Assembly (NCBI GenBank): GCA_016781485.1
Contig: JADDQH010000006.1
Location: 1-60,875, forward strand
Direction: 5' to 3'
From: Chloroflexota bacterium
GTDB taxonomy: Bacteria > Chloroflexota > Limnocylindria > Limnocylindrales > CSP1-4
DNA: 60,875 nucleotides
Below the pieces are notes generated by a model. That model did not search any database. It saw nothing but the letters and a program-made list of their open reading frames with translations, and was not told the DNA's origin. Position 1 is the stretch's first letter. Every line of letters starts with the position of its first letter. Position numbers and translations under genes: made by a program. This document shows positions 37,341 to 47,172 of the stretch, piece after piece.

Positions 37341-38147
37341 TTATCGGGCGGCGACCTCTGGCACGTCGGGACGGCGAGCGCGCTGCTGCTCCTCGTCAGC
37401 GTAGGCGGCGGGGCGCACGGCGAGCGATCCCAGGCGCTGGAACGCCCGCTGGACGAACGAACGGCTCAGTCCGAGCGTCGCCGCGAGCTCGCCCAACGTC
37501 GCCTCGGGCGCCTCCCTCCTCGCCTCGGCGACCCTGCGGACCGTCGGCGGCACCCGCTGCAGCGCGCCCGTTCGCTCGAGGGCGGCGATCGACGCGAGCT
37601 GGCGCCTCGAAGCCGCGACCGATCTCGCCACGTTCGCACCCTCGGCGTTCAGGGCACGGTTCAGGTCGCCTCGCAGCGCGCGCGTCACCAGGCGCGCCTC
37701 GAGCTCCAGGACCGCGGCAGAGCCCCCCGCCCTGCGCAGGAACGTCATGAGCGTCTCCGAGCCCTTCCAGGTGACGACCCCGCGACCCCTTCGAATGCGC
37801 CACGTGGCAGGGAGTCGGATGTCGGCCAGCCGGACGGCAAGGGATCCCGCCTCGGAGACCGGGACCGTGAACTCGAGATGCGTGTGGCCGCGGGCGAGGC
37901 TGAGGGAGCCTCGCGCGAGGAACAGAGCTCGCACGTAGGCGAGCCGGCAGTGCTCCGGGGCGGTCGCCCACGCGAACGTCGGCGCGGATCCCGGTGTATC
38001 CGTCCGTGCGAGCCGCCGGGCGAGCCGGGCGACGGCGGGGGCGAGCTGCCGGTCCTGTGCTGACACACCGAGGCCCGCTCGCTCGGCGGCGCGGCAACAG
38101 GCGCGTGCCGGCTCGACGGCCGCGAGTTCGGCTCGCAGCGCCGCCAC
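37341..38147 (-). CDS. whiA: DNA-binding protein WhiA (short form)
   Basis: AEL......CC..AE, YVRALFLA.GSLS....HLEF, NR..NAE.AN, C-terminal HTH (P.ATL.ELA...LSRS.V); follows rapZ-yvcK. Confidence 0.85.
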   Translation of the reverse strand: MAALRAELAAVEPARACCRAAERAGLGVSAQDRQLAPAVARLARRLARTDTPGSAPTFAWATAPEHCRLAYVRALFLARGSLSLARGHTHLEFTVPVSEAGSLAVRLADIRLPATWRIRRGRGVVTWKGSETLMTFLRRAGGSAAVLELEARLVTRALRGDLNRALNAEGANVARSVAASRRQLASIAALERTGALQRVPPTVRRVAEARREAPEATLGELAATLGLSRSFVQRAFQRLGSLAVRPAAYADEEQQRARRPDVPEVAAR

Positions 38148-38196
38148 GAGATCGCGGTCGGGGCGATCCGGGAAGCGCTTCAGCTGCCTCGCCCCT

Positions 38197-39582
38197 TCAC
38201 GCGGTGTGGGCGACCGTCGTCTGGCGACCCGCCGCGATCCTGTCCTCGGACAGCTCGACGACGGCCCGCGCGAGCTTTACGGGGTCGTGATGATGCGCGT
38301 TCGCGTCGTCGACCAGGTCGCGCAGCACGAGCCTCGGTCCGCCTGACCGCCCCTCAGGGAGGTCGATGCGGACGGGGGCGGCGGGATAGTTCGCAGGAGC
38401 GCGGGCGGCGAAGTTGTCGTTGGCGAGGACGACGTCGATGAGGTCACCGGCGCCATGATCGGCAAGGGCGCGGAGGTGGTCGCCGAGCGTATACCCCTCG
38501 GTCTCACCGATCTGCGTCGCCACATTCGAGACGTAGACGCGCGGGGCCGTGGTCGCGCGCAGGCACGCGCGCAAGTCGGGGATCAGCAGGCTCGGCAGCA
38601 GACTGGTGTAGAGACTGCCGGGACCCAGGAGCACCAGATCGGCCTGCCCGATCGCTTCGAGGGCCTCAGCAGACGCGCGCGGGTTCGCGGGTGTCACCCA
38701 CACTCTCCGGATCCCCCGTGTCGCCCCGACCAGCGACTGACCCTCGAGCATCCGTCCGTCTTCCAGCTCCGCGTGGAGCGTCAGCGGCACGGGTGCGGCA
38801 GGAACGACGCGGCCACGGACGGCGAGGACACGGTTCGACTGGCGGACGCCTTCCTCGAAGTCGCCTTCGACCGCGCTGAGAGCCGCGATCAGCAGGTTCC
38901 CGAATGCATGCCCGCTGAGGCTCGCGTCGTTCTTCCGCTCGCCCGGGAAGCGGTACTGGAGCAGGCGCGTCATGAGCGGCTCAGCGTCAGCGAGTGCCGC
39001 GATGCAGTTTCGGATGTCCCCGACCGGGGCGATCCCGAGCTCCGCGCGCAGCTTTCCCGACGACCCCCCGTCGTCCGCGACGGTGACCACCGCGGTGATG
39101 TTGCTCGTGAACTCCTTCAGGCCGCGCAGGAGCGTCGAGAGCCCGGTCCCTCCCCCGATCGCGACGATCCGGGGCCCGCGAGCGAGCGAGCGCTTCTGAT
39201 AGATGAGCTCGACGAGGGGCTCGTCACGGCGCTCGAACGGCTCGAGGAGCACGGTCAAGAGCCGCCGCATCCCGAACACCACGATCGCGAGCCCTGTGGC
39301 GAGCAGGACGAGTGCGCGCACCGGAAGGGGGAGGAACTGAAGCGTGACGATCCCGACCAGCGACGCGCCCGGACCCTCCTGCCCTACCGCGCGGTAGAGC
39401 TGCCGGACCACCAGCGAGCCGGCGAACGCCATCAACAGCTCCCCCAGGAACACCGCGGCGAGCCAGCGCTTGATCCCCATACCCGGGCGCAACCAGTTGC
39501 GGAGCCGCGCCGCGCGGCCGTCACGCCGCGGTTCCGTCAACGGGCCGACCCGCCACGGCCGGTGTCCGTTCAGCCCGTTCAA
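38197..39582 (-). CDS. yvcK: YvcK/GlmR (CofD-related) gluconeogenesis and UDP-GlcNAc-binding factor with N-terminal TM helices
   Basis: PGMGIKRW, IVAIGGGTGLSTLLRGLK, VTVADDGGSSG.LR, GDIRNC, GHAFGNL, GPGSLYTS, HDP.KLA. Confidence 0.92.
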   Translation of the reverse strand: MNGLNGHRPWRVGPLTEPRRDGRAARLRNWLRPGMGIKRWLAAVFLGELLMAFAGSLVVRQLYRAVGQEGPGASLVGIVTLQFLPLPVRALVLLATGLAIVVFGMRRLLTVLLEPFERRDEPLVELIYQKRSLARGPRIVAIGGGTGLSTLLRGLKEFTSNITAVVTVADDGGSSGKLRAELGIAPVGDIRNCIAALADAEPLMTRLLQYRFPGERKNDASLSGHAFGNLLIAALSAVEGDFEEGVRQSNRVLAVRGRVVPAAPVPLTLHAELEDGRMLEGQSLVGATRGIRRVWVTPANPRASAEALEAIGQADLVLLGPGSLYTSLLPSLLIPDLRACLRATTAPRVYVSNVATQIGETEGYTLGDHLRALADHGAGDLIDVVLANDNFAARAPANYPAAPVRIDLPEGRSGGPRLVLRDLVDDANAHHHDPVKLARAVVELSEDRIAAGRQTTVAHTA

Positions 39583-40445
39583 TTCCGCTCGAGCTCTCGG
39601 TGCCAGACGCTCACGGGACCCCTACCCTGCTTGCGCCACGTCTCAGCGAGCTCCTCCGCGATCGTGACGGACCGGTGGTACCCGCCTGTGCACCCGATCG
39701 CGACGGTCAGCCGCGTCTTTCCCTCGTCGGCGTACGCGGGGATCGCGAAGTCGAAGAACCGGTGCGCGATCTCGAGGAAGCGCTGCGCCGCCGGCTGGCC
39801 GAGCACGAACCGTCGCACCGGGTCGGTCAAGCCCGAGAGGGGACGCAGGTCTTCGTGGTAGAAGGGGTTTTCCATGAAGCGGACGTCGAACACGAGGTCG
39901 GCCTCGAGCGGGACGCCGTACTTGTACCCGAACGTGATCAGCTGGATCGGGAGCCCGCTCGATCCGCCTTCGGGCGCGAGCGCGTCGTAGATCCGCTCGC
40001 GCAACTGGCGCGTCGAGAGCTCCGAGGTGTCGATCACCACGTCTGCGTGCGCCCGCACCTCGTCCAGCAGGGCCCGCTCCTTCTGGATCGAGGCGGCGAT
40101 GCCCTGATCGGTCTGCAGCGGGTGACGGTGGCGCGTCTCACTGAACCGCCGGATCAGCACGTCGTCCCTGGCCTCCAGGAAGAAGACCTGCGGCTCGATC
40201 CCTCGGCCGTGGAGCGCGTCGGCGACGGCGGCGACCGCGACCGGAGCGTCGCCGGAACGGACATCGAGCACGACGGCTACCCGCCCGTAGCGTTCGGCGT
40301 CTCCTGCCACCAGCGCTGCGAACCCGGCGAGTAGCTCGGACGGCAGGTTGTCGACGACCTGGTAGCCGAGGTCCTCGAAGAGCTTGCTGGCCGCGGTCTT
40401 GCCGGCTCCCGAGAGCCCGGTGATGATCGCGACATGCTGTCCCAC
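39579..40445 (-). CDS. rapZ: RNase adapter RapZ/YvcJ P-loop protein
   Basis: IITGLSGAGKT, VDNLP, RRFSETRHRHP, FGYKYGVP, DVRF..NP, IGCTGG.HRSV. Confidence 0.94.
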   Translation of the reverse strand: MGQHVAIITGLSGAGKTAASKLFEDLGYQVVDNLPSELLAGFAALVAGDAERYGRVAVVLDVRSGDAPVAVAAVADALHGRGIEPQVFFLEARDDVLIRRFSETRHRHPLQTDQGIAASIQKERALLDEVRAHADVVIDTSELSTRQLRERIYDALAPEGGSSGLPIQLITFGYKYGVPLEADLVFDVRFMENPFYHEDLRPLSGLTDPVRRFVLGQPAAQRFLEIAHRFFDFAIPAYADEGKTRLTVAIGCTGGYHRSVTIAEELAETWRKQGRGPVSVWHRELERN

Positions 40446-40483
40446 GGGTCCTCCGTCTCGCGTCGGCAGCGGCGTGGCCGCGG

Positions 40484-41272
40484 TCACCGGCGGCGGGCGT
40501 GCCCGGCTGGCCGGGCGAGCAGCAGGATGGTCAGCTCGTACAGCGTATACATCACGGCGGACATGATCAGAGGGGCTACGGGGTCTCCACCCGGGGTGAT
40601 GACGACCGTGAAGACGACGATCCCGAGCAGCACGTATCGGCGCGAGCCACGCAGCCGCTCGACGCCCAGGACACCCATCTTCGAGAGCAGGATGAGCACG
40701 ACCGGGAACTGCATGACGACACCGAACACCAGGAACGTGGTCGTCGCGAATCCGATATATCGCTCGGCCTCCGGCCTCGACTCGATCACGCCCGCGATCT
40801 GGAAGCTCTGCAGGAACGCGACCGTGTACGGGAGGACCAGGTACGCCACGCCGATCCCCAGCGCGAAGAACACGATCGCGAGCGGGATCCAGGGGCGCGC
40901 GACCGCGCGCTCGCGCCGCGTGAGTCCCGGGGACACGAACGCCCACAGCTGGTAGAGCACGATCGGGAACGCGAGGGCGATCCCCATCATCAGCGCGAGG
41001 CGGAGCTGGATGAAGAACGCGCCGCCGGGATCGAAGTAGACGAGCGGCCCTGACACCTGCATCTGCTGTTTCAGGAGCGTAAGCGCCCGGGGGGCCGCAA
41101 GGAACGCGACGACCGTCCCGAGCACGACGGAGAGGATGCTGATCGCGAGGCGCCGTCGGAGCTCCGCGAGGTGGTCGACAAGGCTCATCACCCTGTCCTC
41201 GGGCTCGGCGTCGGAAACGGGGCCGGCGACCCTCGTCACGTCTTCGGCGCGCCGCGCCTCGATCTCAGTCAT
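40484..41272 (-). CDS. tatC: Twin-arginine translocase subunit TatC
   Basis: MSLVDHLAELRRRL, YQLWAFVSPGL..RE, FG..Q.P, ITP..DP, LYE. Confidence 0.95.
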   Translation of the reverse strand: MTEIEARRAEDVTRVAGPVSDAEPEDRVMSLVDHLAELRRRLAISILSVVLGTVVAFLAAPRALTLLKQQMQVSGPLVYFDPGGAFFIQLRLALMMGIALAFPIVLYQLWAFVSPGLTRRERAVARPWIPLAIVFFALGIGVAYLVLPYTVAFLQSFQIAGVIESRPEAERYIGFATTTFLVFGVVMQFPVVLILLSKMGVLGVERLRGSRRYVLLGIVVFTVVITPGGDPVAPLIMSAVMYTLYELTILLLARPAGHARRR

Positions 41273-41344
41273 GCGTCGACGACCGATGCGTTCGGCGGGA
41301 CGCGCCCCCGGTCGAGCCGGGAACCGAGCCCGCCCCGTCCCCCG

Positions 41345-41701
41345 TCAGGACGCCGTTTCGTCCGCGGCGCGGGGCGTCTGTGTCGTCCGTGTCGATGGTG
41401 TCGGCCCCAGCTCGTCCATCTCCGGAGCCGGCGGCTGGCCCTCGCGCGGATACCGGTCGCTCCCCTCGGGAACGACCTCCTCGGAACGAGGGGGGGCTGC
41501 CCCATAGGTCGGCGAGGGTTCCGGCTGCGCCGGGGTCCGGTTCGCGCTCGGCGTGTCGTCCATGTCCGAGGATGCCTTCCTGAACTCGCGGATCGTCCGA
41601 CCGAACGCATTCCCCACCTCGGGGAGCTTGCCGGGACCGAGAATCAGAAGCGCGATCGCGAGGACGACGATCAGCTCGACCGGGCCGATGTTAAAGGGCA
41701 T
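41345..41701 (-). CDS. tatA: Twin-arginine translocase TatA/TatE subunit
   Basis: IGPVELIVVLAIALLILGPGKLPEVG..FG..IREFRKA plus an unstructured tail. Confidence 0.93.
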   Translation of the reverse strand: MPFNIGPVELIVVLAIALLILGPGKLPEVGNAFGRTIREFRKASSDMDDTPSANRTPAQPEPSPTYGAAPPRSEEVVPEGSDRYPREGQPPAPEMDELGPTPSTRTTQTPRAADETAS

Positions 41702-42608
41702 CTGGACTGCCCTCCGGTGAGTGTTGCCTGTCGCTCCATCCTAGCACCCCCAGTCGTTCCCTCCAGGAACGCGCGGCTTCGCTCACAGCGGCCGCCGGGT
41801 CCGGGGTGTCGAGTGCCGCGCGGGCGATCGCGCGCGACACGTTGACGAGGAGCCCGCCACCGGGGAGGTCGCCCGCGGCACCCGCCACGGCGGGACCATG
41901 CTCCAGCGCCGCCTCCCACTCGCCGCCCTGGACGCCGACGCCGGGGACAAGGAACGGGAGCTCGGGGGCGACCCTGAGGACGACGGCCATCTCGACCGCT
42001 CTGGTCGCGCCCACGACGAGCCCGACGGCGCCGAACTGCCGCTTCCAGTCCGCCGCTCGGCGCGCCACCCGCAGGTATAGCGGCTCCGCGGGCGCCTCCA
42101 CCTCGCTGTCAGCGGTGACGGCGAGGTCCTGGAACTCCCGAGCGCCGGGATTCGATGTCCGGCAGAGCACGTATACGAAGCGATCCTGGCGCGCGAGGAG
42201 CGGCTCGAGCGCCTCCGCGCCGAGGTAGGGGTTCGCGGTGACCGCGTCCGCGCCGAGCACGTCGAAGAGCGCAGCGGCGTGCCGTCCCGCGGTCGAGCCG
42301 ATGTCCGCGCGTTTTGCGTCGAGGATGACCGGGATCCCGGGCGGGACCGCCGCCCGAAGCCGCTCCAGCGCGGCAAGCCCCTGGCTGCCGAACGCCTCGA
42401 AGAACGCGACGTTCGGCTTCACCGCTGCCGCGTGTTCGACGCCCGCGTCCAACAGCAGCCGAGCGAAGCGCTCTGCGCCCGTGACGTCCCTCGCGAACGC
42501 ACGTGGAAGCTCGTCGGGGTGAGGATCGATGCCGAGGCACAGGACGGTGTGAACGGCGCGCACGCGCTCCTCGATGAGCCCGAGATACCGGCCGCGGTCG
42601 CTCGTCAC
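41691..42608 (-). CDS. pyrF: Orotidine 5'-phosphate decarboxylase (subfamily 2)
   Basis: LCLGIDP, KPN.AFFE..G, ILDAKRADIGST, T.NPYLG, L.RTSNPG, GLVVGAT, LVPG.G.QGG, N.SRAI. Confidence 0.94.
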   Translation of the reverse strand: MTSDRGRYLGLIEERVRAVHTVLCLGIDPHPDELPRAFARDVTGAERFARLLLDAGVEHAAAVKPNVAFFEAFGSQGLAALERLRAAVPPGIPVILDAKRADIGSTAGRHAAALFDVLGADAVTANPYLGAEALEPLLARQDRFVYVLCRTSNPGAREFQDLAVTADSEVEAPAEPLYLRVARRAADWKRQFGAVGLVVGATRAVEMAVVLRVAPELPFLVPGVGVQGGEWEAALEHGPAVAGAAGDLPGGGLLVNVSRAIARAALDTPDPAAAVSEAARSWRERLGVLGWSDRQHSPEGSPDAL

Positions 42609-44374
42609 GGGACGGTGGCGCCGGCGAGGACGGCAGCGTCGCGACGCGACGCTGCGAGCACTCGCCCAAGGGCGCCGGGGGAGGCCGCATCGCGGACCTC
42701 GAGCTGGAGCGACTCGAAACCCCCGAACATCCGGCTCCCGACGCGCGCGACCACCTCGAGCTCGTCGCCTTCGCGGACCCCATCCCCGAGGTCCGGCCTG
42801 TCGAAGCAGATCGCGTCGAGCACCTCCCTCCCCTTGCGGAGCGTGAGCTGGGTGTGGCCCCCGGACGCCTGGCGGACTCGCGTGACCACGAGCCCGGTGA
42901 CGCCGACCATCGGCGCCGGATTGCCGGGGCCGGTCGGCGCCAGCAGCGCGAGCTCGCGATGGAGCGCGTACCCCAGATCGTTCGCATGCACGACGATGTC
43001 CACGGCGAGCTCGGGACGGGGGTCGGGAGGTCCGGCTGCGGCCGCGAGTGCGAGGAACCGCTGCCGGAAGGCCTCGAAGCGGTCGCCGGGAAGGCTGCAG
43101 CCGGCAGCTGCCGGGTGGCCCCCGAACCGCTCGAACAGATCCCGGCAGTCCGCGAACGCGGCTGCAAGGTCGAACCCGTTGGCCGTCCGCGCCGATCCGC
43201 GCCACGGCGAGACGGCCGTCGACAGGACGACGACGGGGCGGTTGTGCGTCTCGGCGAGCCGGCCCGCGACGACTCCGATGATGCCCACGGGCCACGCGCC
43301 GGCGACGACGACCGCGGGTCCGTCGATCATCTGCTCCGCGTCGCGGCGTGCCTCGTCCAGGACCTCGGCCGTCAGCTCGCGGCGGCGGAGGTTCGCCTCG
43401 TTGAGCTCGCTCCCCAGCCGCTCCGCCTCCTGCTCGCTCTCCTCCAGGAGCAGGCGCAGGGCTGCGCCGGCGTCACCCAGCCGCCCGACGGCGTTCAGGC
43501 GAGGCGCGACGGCGAAGGCGACGGTGTCGAGGTCCACCCGAGCGGGCTCGACCCCGGCGGACCGGAGAAGCGCCGCCAGACCGGGTCGACACGCCGATCG
43601 GAGCGAGTCGAGACCGAGGCGCGCGATCGCGCGGTTCTCGCCCAGCACCGGAGCGACGTCCGCGACGGTGCCGATCGCCGCCAGGTCGGCCAGGCCGAGG
43701 GCGAACTCGGGTCCCCCGACTTGGGCCGCCAGGACGAGCTGTGCGAGCTTGAGTGCGACGCCGCTTCCCGCCAGCCTCGGCTCGGGATAACGGCTCGCCG
43801 CGAGGTGTGGATTGACGATCGCTGCGGCCGGCGGCAGGACCGAAGGCGGGTGGTGGTGGTCGGTGACGAGGACGTCGATCCCGATCTCGCGAGCAGCCTC
43901 CACCTCGGCGACGCTCGAAGTCCCGCAATCCACGGTGACGATCACCGTGCGGCCGTCCGAGTGTGCTCGCTCGACGGCGCGCAGCGAGAGTCCGTGCCCC
44001 TCCTCGAGGCGGCTCGGGACGTAGGGCGATGCGTCCAGACCGAGCCGCCGAAGGGCGAGGGTCATGATGGCCAGCCCGGTCAGCCCATCCGCATCGAAAT
44101 CCCCGAACACGAGGACGCGCTCACTGCGCGAGGCTGCGACCGAGAGTCGGGCGCGGAAGGCGTCGGCGTGAGGCAGCAGCCGCGGATCGTGCAGCGCCGA
44201 CAGGGGCGGGCCGAAGAATGCGGTCAGATCCGTGGGGGTGTGGACGCCGCGGGCGGAGAGGATCCCGAGTAGTCGCTCGGGGACCGCGAGCTCGCGCGCG
44301 GCGGAGGCAAGCTCGGGATCGACCGGACCGGGGGGCGGCAGGCGCCAGCGGTAGGCGGGCTCCAGCTCGCTCAT
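42605..44374 (-). CDS. recJ: Single-stranded-DNA-specific exonuclease RecJ
   Basis: GDFDADG, P.R..EGHGL, TVDCG, TDHH, GTVADVAP..GENR, PRLNA.GRL, GSAR, FGGH..AAG, P.G.GNP.P. Confidence 0.95.
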   Translation of the reverse strand: MSELEPAYRWRLPPPGPVDPELASAARELAVPERLLGILSARGVHTPTDLTAFFGPPLSALHDPRLLPHADAFRARLSVAASRSERVLVFGDFDADGLTGLAIMTLALRRLGLDASPYVPSRLEEGHGLSLRAVERAHSDGRTVIVTVDCGTSSVAEVEAAREIGIDVLVTDHHHPPSVLPPAAAIVNPHLAASRYPEPRLAGSGVALKLAQLVLAAQVGGPEFALGLADLAAIGTVADVAPVLGENRAIARLGLDSLRSACRPGLAALLRSAGVEPARVDLDTVAFAVAPRLNAVGRLGDAGAALRLLLEESEQEAERLGSELNEANLRRRELTAEVLDEARRDAEQMIDGPAVVVAGAWPVGIIGVVAGRLAETHNRPVVVLSTAVSPWRGSARTANGFDLAAAFADCRDLFERFGGHPAAAGCSLPGDRFEAFRQRFLALAAAAGPPDPRPELAVDIVVHANDLGYALHRELALLAPTGPGNPAPMVGVTGLVVTRVRQASGGHTQLTLRKGREVLDAICFDRPDLGDGVREGDELEVVARVGSRMFGGFESLQLEVRDAASPGALGRVLAASRRDAAVLAGATVP

Positions 44375-44440
44375 CTAGACGAGGATGAGGCCCCCGTCTT
44401 CACGCCTGCTTATCGCCCACTCGTCACCGATGCCACGCCG

Positions 44441-45679
44441 TCATCGCGCGGCACGCGCCGTCACCAGTTCTCGCTGCCGTCGCCTGTCGGCCCATTCGTG
44501 CCACGAGACGAGGAGGGCGCTGGCGTTGAAGATCGAGGAATAGGTACCCGAAACGATCCCGATGAGCAGCGCCAGGACGAACGTCCGGATCGCCTCGCCG
44601 CCGAAGAGGAGCATCGCCGTGAGCGTGATCACGACGGTCAGCGACGTGTTGAGCGAGCGACCCAGCGTCTGCAGGAGGCTGTGGTTCACGATCGCGCTGA
44701 ACGGCTCGCCCGCGTGACGCACCCGGTTCTCACGGATCCGGTCGAACACCACGATCGTGTCGTGGACGCTGAAACCGATGACCGTGAGCATCGCCGTGAC
44801 GAACAGCGCGTCGATCTGAACGTCGAAGAACGTGCCGAGGATCGCGAACGTGCCGACGACCACGACGACGTCGTGGACGAGCGCCGCGATCGCCGTCGCG
44901 CCCATCCGGAAATCGCCGAAGCGGAACGTCATCCAGCCCAGGATCCCGACCGACCCGAGGGCGATCAGCAGCAGCGCCTGCTGGGTCAGCTCCTCGCTGA
45001 TGACGGGGCCGACCGTCGTCCGTTGCCGTTCCTCATCGATGGGTCCGAACCGGGCTTGGAGGGCCGTCGCGAGATCCGCGAGCGGTCCCTCGGTGGGGAC
45101 GATGTCGTCGTCGCGGGCGCCCGTGATGGGCGGCGACGAGACGGGGGAAGCGCCCGGGGACGCGCCGGGGGACCCCGAGGGACTCGGCGACGCGTCGGCG
45201 GTCGCAGACGCTGCCGGGCTGGCGGCAGGGGAAGGGCTGGCGGCGGTCGACGGGCTGGCGGCAGGAGATCCCGCGACGTCGGCTGCAGGCGATGGGGACG
45301 CACCGGGTGATCGTGACGTGCCGGGAGAGGCGCCCGGAGACCCTGACGCGCCAGGCGAAGGTGAGGCGGCCGGCTCCGGCCGTTCGTGGAGGTCGATCGG
45401 CTCCGTCCGGATGAGGACGAAGTCTCCGCTGGTCGTCGCCACCGTCGCCTCCCCGTAGCCGTGCTCGGCAAGGACGGCCCTGACCGCATCCGGTGCCGGC
45501 GCGCCATCGCGGAAGTGGATCTCCCAGACCGTGCCGCCGGTGTAGTCGATCGAGAACTTGAGCCCCGCGGCGCCCTGGGTGATCGGTGTCAGGAAGATGA
45601 AGATGAGCCCGGGGATGGTGAGAAGGGCGCTGATGATGTAGTACCAGCGGCGCTTGCCGATCAGGTCAAACACGCGCAC
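44441..45679 (-). CDS. secF: Protein translocase subunit SecF with a Ser/Pro/Ala-rich insertion
   Basis: IDYTGG, VGP.IS.EL, FRF, HDV, LTVIGFSVHDTIVVFDRIREN, QTL.RS.NTS, G..SGTYSSIF.A. Confidence 0.95.
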   Translation of the reverse strand: MRVFDLIGKRRWYYIISALLTIPGLIFIFLTPITQGAAGLKFSIDYTGGTVWEIHFRDGAPAPDAVRAVLAEHGYGEATVATTSGDFVLIRTEPIDLHERPEPAASPSPGASGSPGASPGTSRSPGASPSPAADVAGSPAASPSTAASPSPAASPAASATADASPSPSGSPGASPGASPVSSPPITGARDDDIVPTEGPLADLATALQARFGPIDEERQRTTVGPVISEELTQQALLLIALGSVGILGWMTFRFGDFRMGATAIAALVHDVVVVVGTFAILGTFFDVQIDALFVTAMLTVIGFSVHDTIVVFDRIRENRVRHAGEPFSAIVNHSLLQTLGRSLNTSLTVVITLTAMLLFGGEAIRTFVLALLIGIVSGTYSSIFNASALLVSWHEWADRRRQRELVTARAAR

Positions 45680-47030
45680 CTGCTTGGCGCGAGCGCCCCC
45701 TCGCCGCCGCGATGGTGAACTCCTCCTCCTGCACGCCGTACAGCCGGGCCTGACGCGCCCAGGGCTGTCGGACGATCACACGCAGCAGCATCCGGCTGAG
45801 CGTGATCGCGGTGAACATCGAGACCAGTACGCCGATGATCAGCACGAGCGCGAAGCCGCGGATCACGGACGACCCGAAATAGAACAGGATCGCGGCAGTG
45901 ATCAGGCTCGACACATTCGAGTCGAAGATCGAGTTCCACGCTCGGCTGAAGCCCGCCTCGATCGCCGCCTGGATGGTCTTGCCGGCACGAAGCTCCTCCT
46001 TCGTGCGCTCGAAGATGAGGATGTTCGCGTCGACCGCCATGCCCACGGAAAGGACGAACGCGGCGATGCCGGCGAGCGTGAGCGTCACGGGGATGAGCCG
46101 GAACAGCGCCAATACGACGAGTGCGTAGTAGATCAGCGCGAGGCAGGCGACGGCCCCCGGCAGCCGGTAGTGGATGAGCATGAACACGAACACGAGCCCG
46201 ATCCCGATGATCCCGGCCAGGATGCTCTGGCGCAGGAACGACTCGCCGAGCGTCGCGCTGATGGAACTCGCCTGGACCTCCTCGACGGCGAGCGGCAGGG
46301 CGCCGAACCGGAGCGTCGTCACGAGCGCGTTCATCTCCGCTGCGCTGAAGTCCCCGCTGATCTGCCCTCGGCCACCCGGGATGGCGCTGTTGATGCTCGG
46401 CGCCGACTGGACGATGTCGTCGAGCACGATCGCGAAGAACTCACCGATGTGCTCGGTCGTGTACTGCTCGAAGAGACGGGCGCCTTCCGGCTTCAGCACG
46501 AAGTCGACTGCTCGCTGGCCTCTCTCGTCGCGGCCGGCCGTGGCCTCCTGGACCTGGTCCCCGCTGAACAGCGGCGTGAGTCCGGCTGGTAGCTGCATCC
46601 CCTGTTGCGGCACCGGCTCCGACCCGCCGCCCGTCCGCGCGGATCCGAATCGCTCCACGGGGAGCGGCACGAAGTCCAGGCGTCCGGTGGAGCCGATCAG
46701 CGCGCGGATCTCGTCCGCGTTCTGTACGCCCGGCATCTCGACCACGATCCGGTCCGTCCCCTGGACGAGGACGAGCGGCTCCGCGACTCCGCTCGCGTTG
46801 ACGCGGTTCTCCATGATCGTCCGGATCGTCTCCATCTGATCGCCCTCGGGCGTGGAGCCGTCCGGCGTTCTGGCCTGGTACTCGATCCGGATCCCGCCGC
46901 TCAGGTCGAGACCCAGCCTGGTCTCGATCGGCTCCTGGGTGACCGGGTTCCGGACGCCCGCGGGCGCGAACGCCACCGCGAGCGCGACGAGGCCGACCGC
47001 CACGATGATGAAGGGGAGAAAGCGCCGCAT
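45666..47030 (-). CDS. secD: Protein translocase subunit SecD
   Basis: LGLDLSGG, RVN..GV.EP, AIVLD, GALP, ATLG, TLTLAGIA..VLSVGMAVDANILIFER.KEE, DSN, RGFA. Confidence 0.96.
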   Translation of the reverse strand: MRRFLPFIIVAVGLVALAVAFAPAGVRNPVTQEPIETRLGLDLSGGIRIEYQARTPDGSTPEGDQMETIRTIMENRVNASGVAEPLVLVQGTDRIVVEMPGVQNADEIRALIGSTGRLDFVPLPVERFGSARTGGGSEPVPQQGMQLPAGLTPLFSGDQVQEATAGRDERGQRAVDFVLKPEGARLFEQYTTEHIGEFFAIVLDDIVQSAPSINSAIPGGRGQISGDFSAAEMNALVTTLRFGALPLAVEEVQASSISATLGESFLRQSILAGIIGIGLVFVFMLIHYRLPGAVACLALIYYALVVLALFRLIPVTLTLAGIAAFVLSVGMAVDANILIFERTKEELRAGKTIQAAIEAGFSRAWNSIFDSNVSSLITAAILFYFGSSVIRGFALVLIIGVLVSMFTAITLSRMLLRVIVRQPWARQARLYGVQEEEFTIAAARGRSRQAGARV

Positions 47031-47172
47031 CTGTAGCCCTACTGTAACAAGGCACCGCGGCCGCTGCCGCGGAGACCGCCATCGCGCCGGGCATCGGACG
47101 ACTCGGGCAGCAGGGGAGGCACCCGTCGGATCCCGTCGCCGGACTCGCTGTCCGTGATCGCCGAAGGGCGCC

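Noticed and set aside
38148-38196. Non-canonical CTG start for whiA
   Set aside because: It is possible, but the in-frame GTG at 38147 is within a few residues of the family N-terminus, so the evidence is insufficient.
39579-43295. Long N-terminal extensions on RapZ and PyrF in the ORF track (also CoaD, RsmD, Fmt, Def, RecG, RlmN)
   Set aside because: They are artefacts of choosing the most upstream start. They overlap neighbouring genes, and internal GTG/ATG starts match family N-termini.
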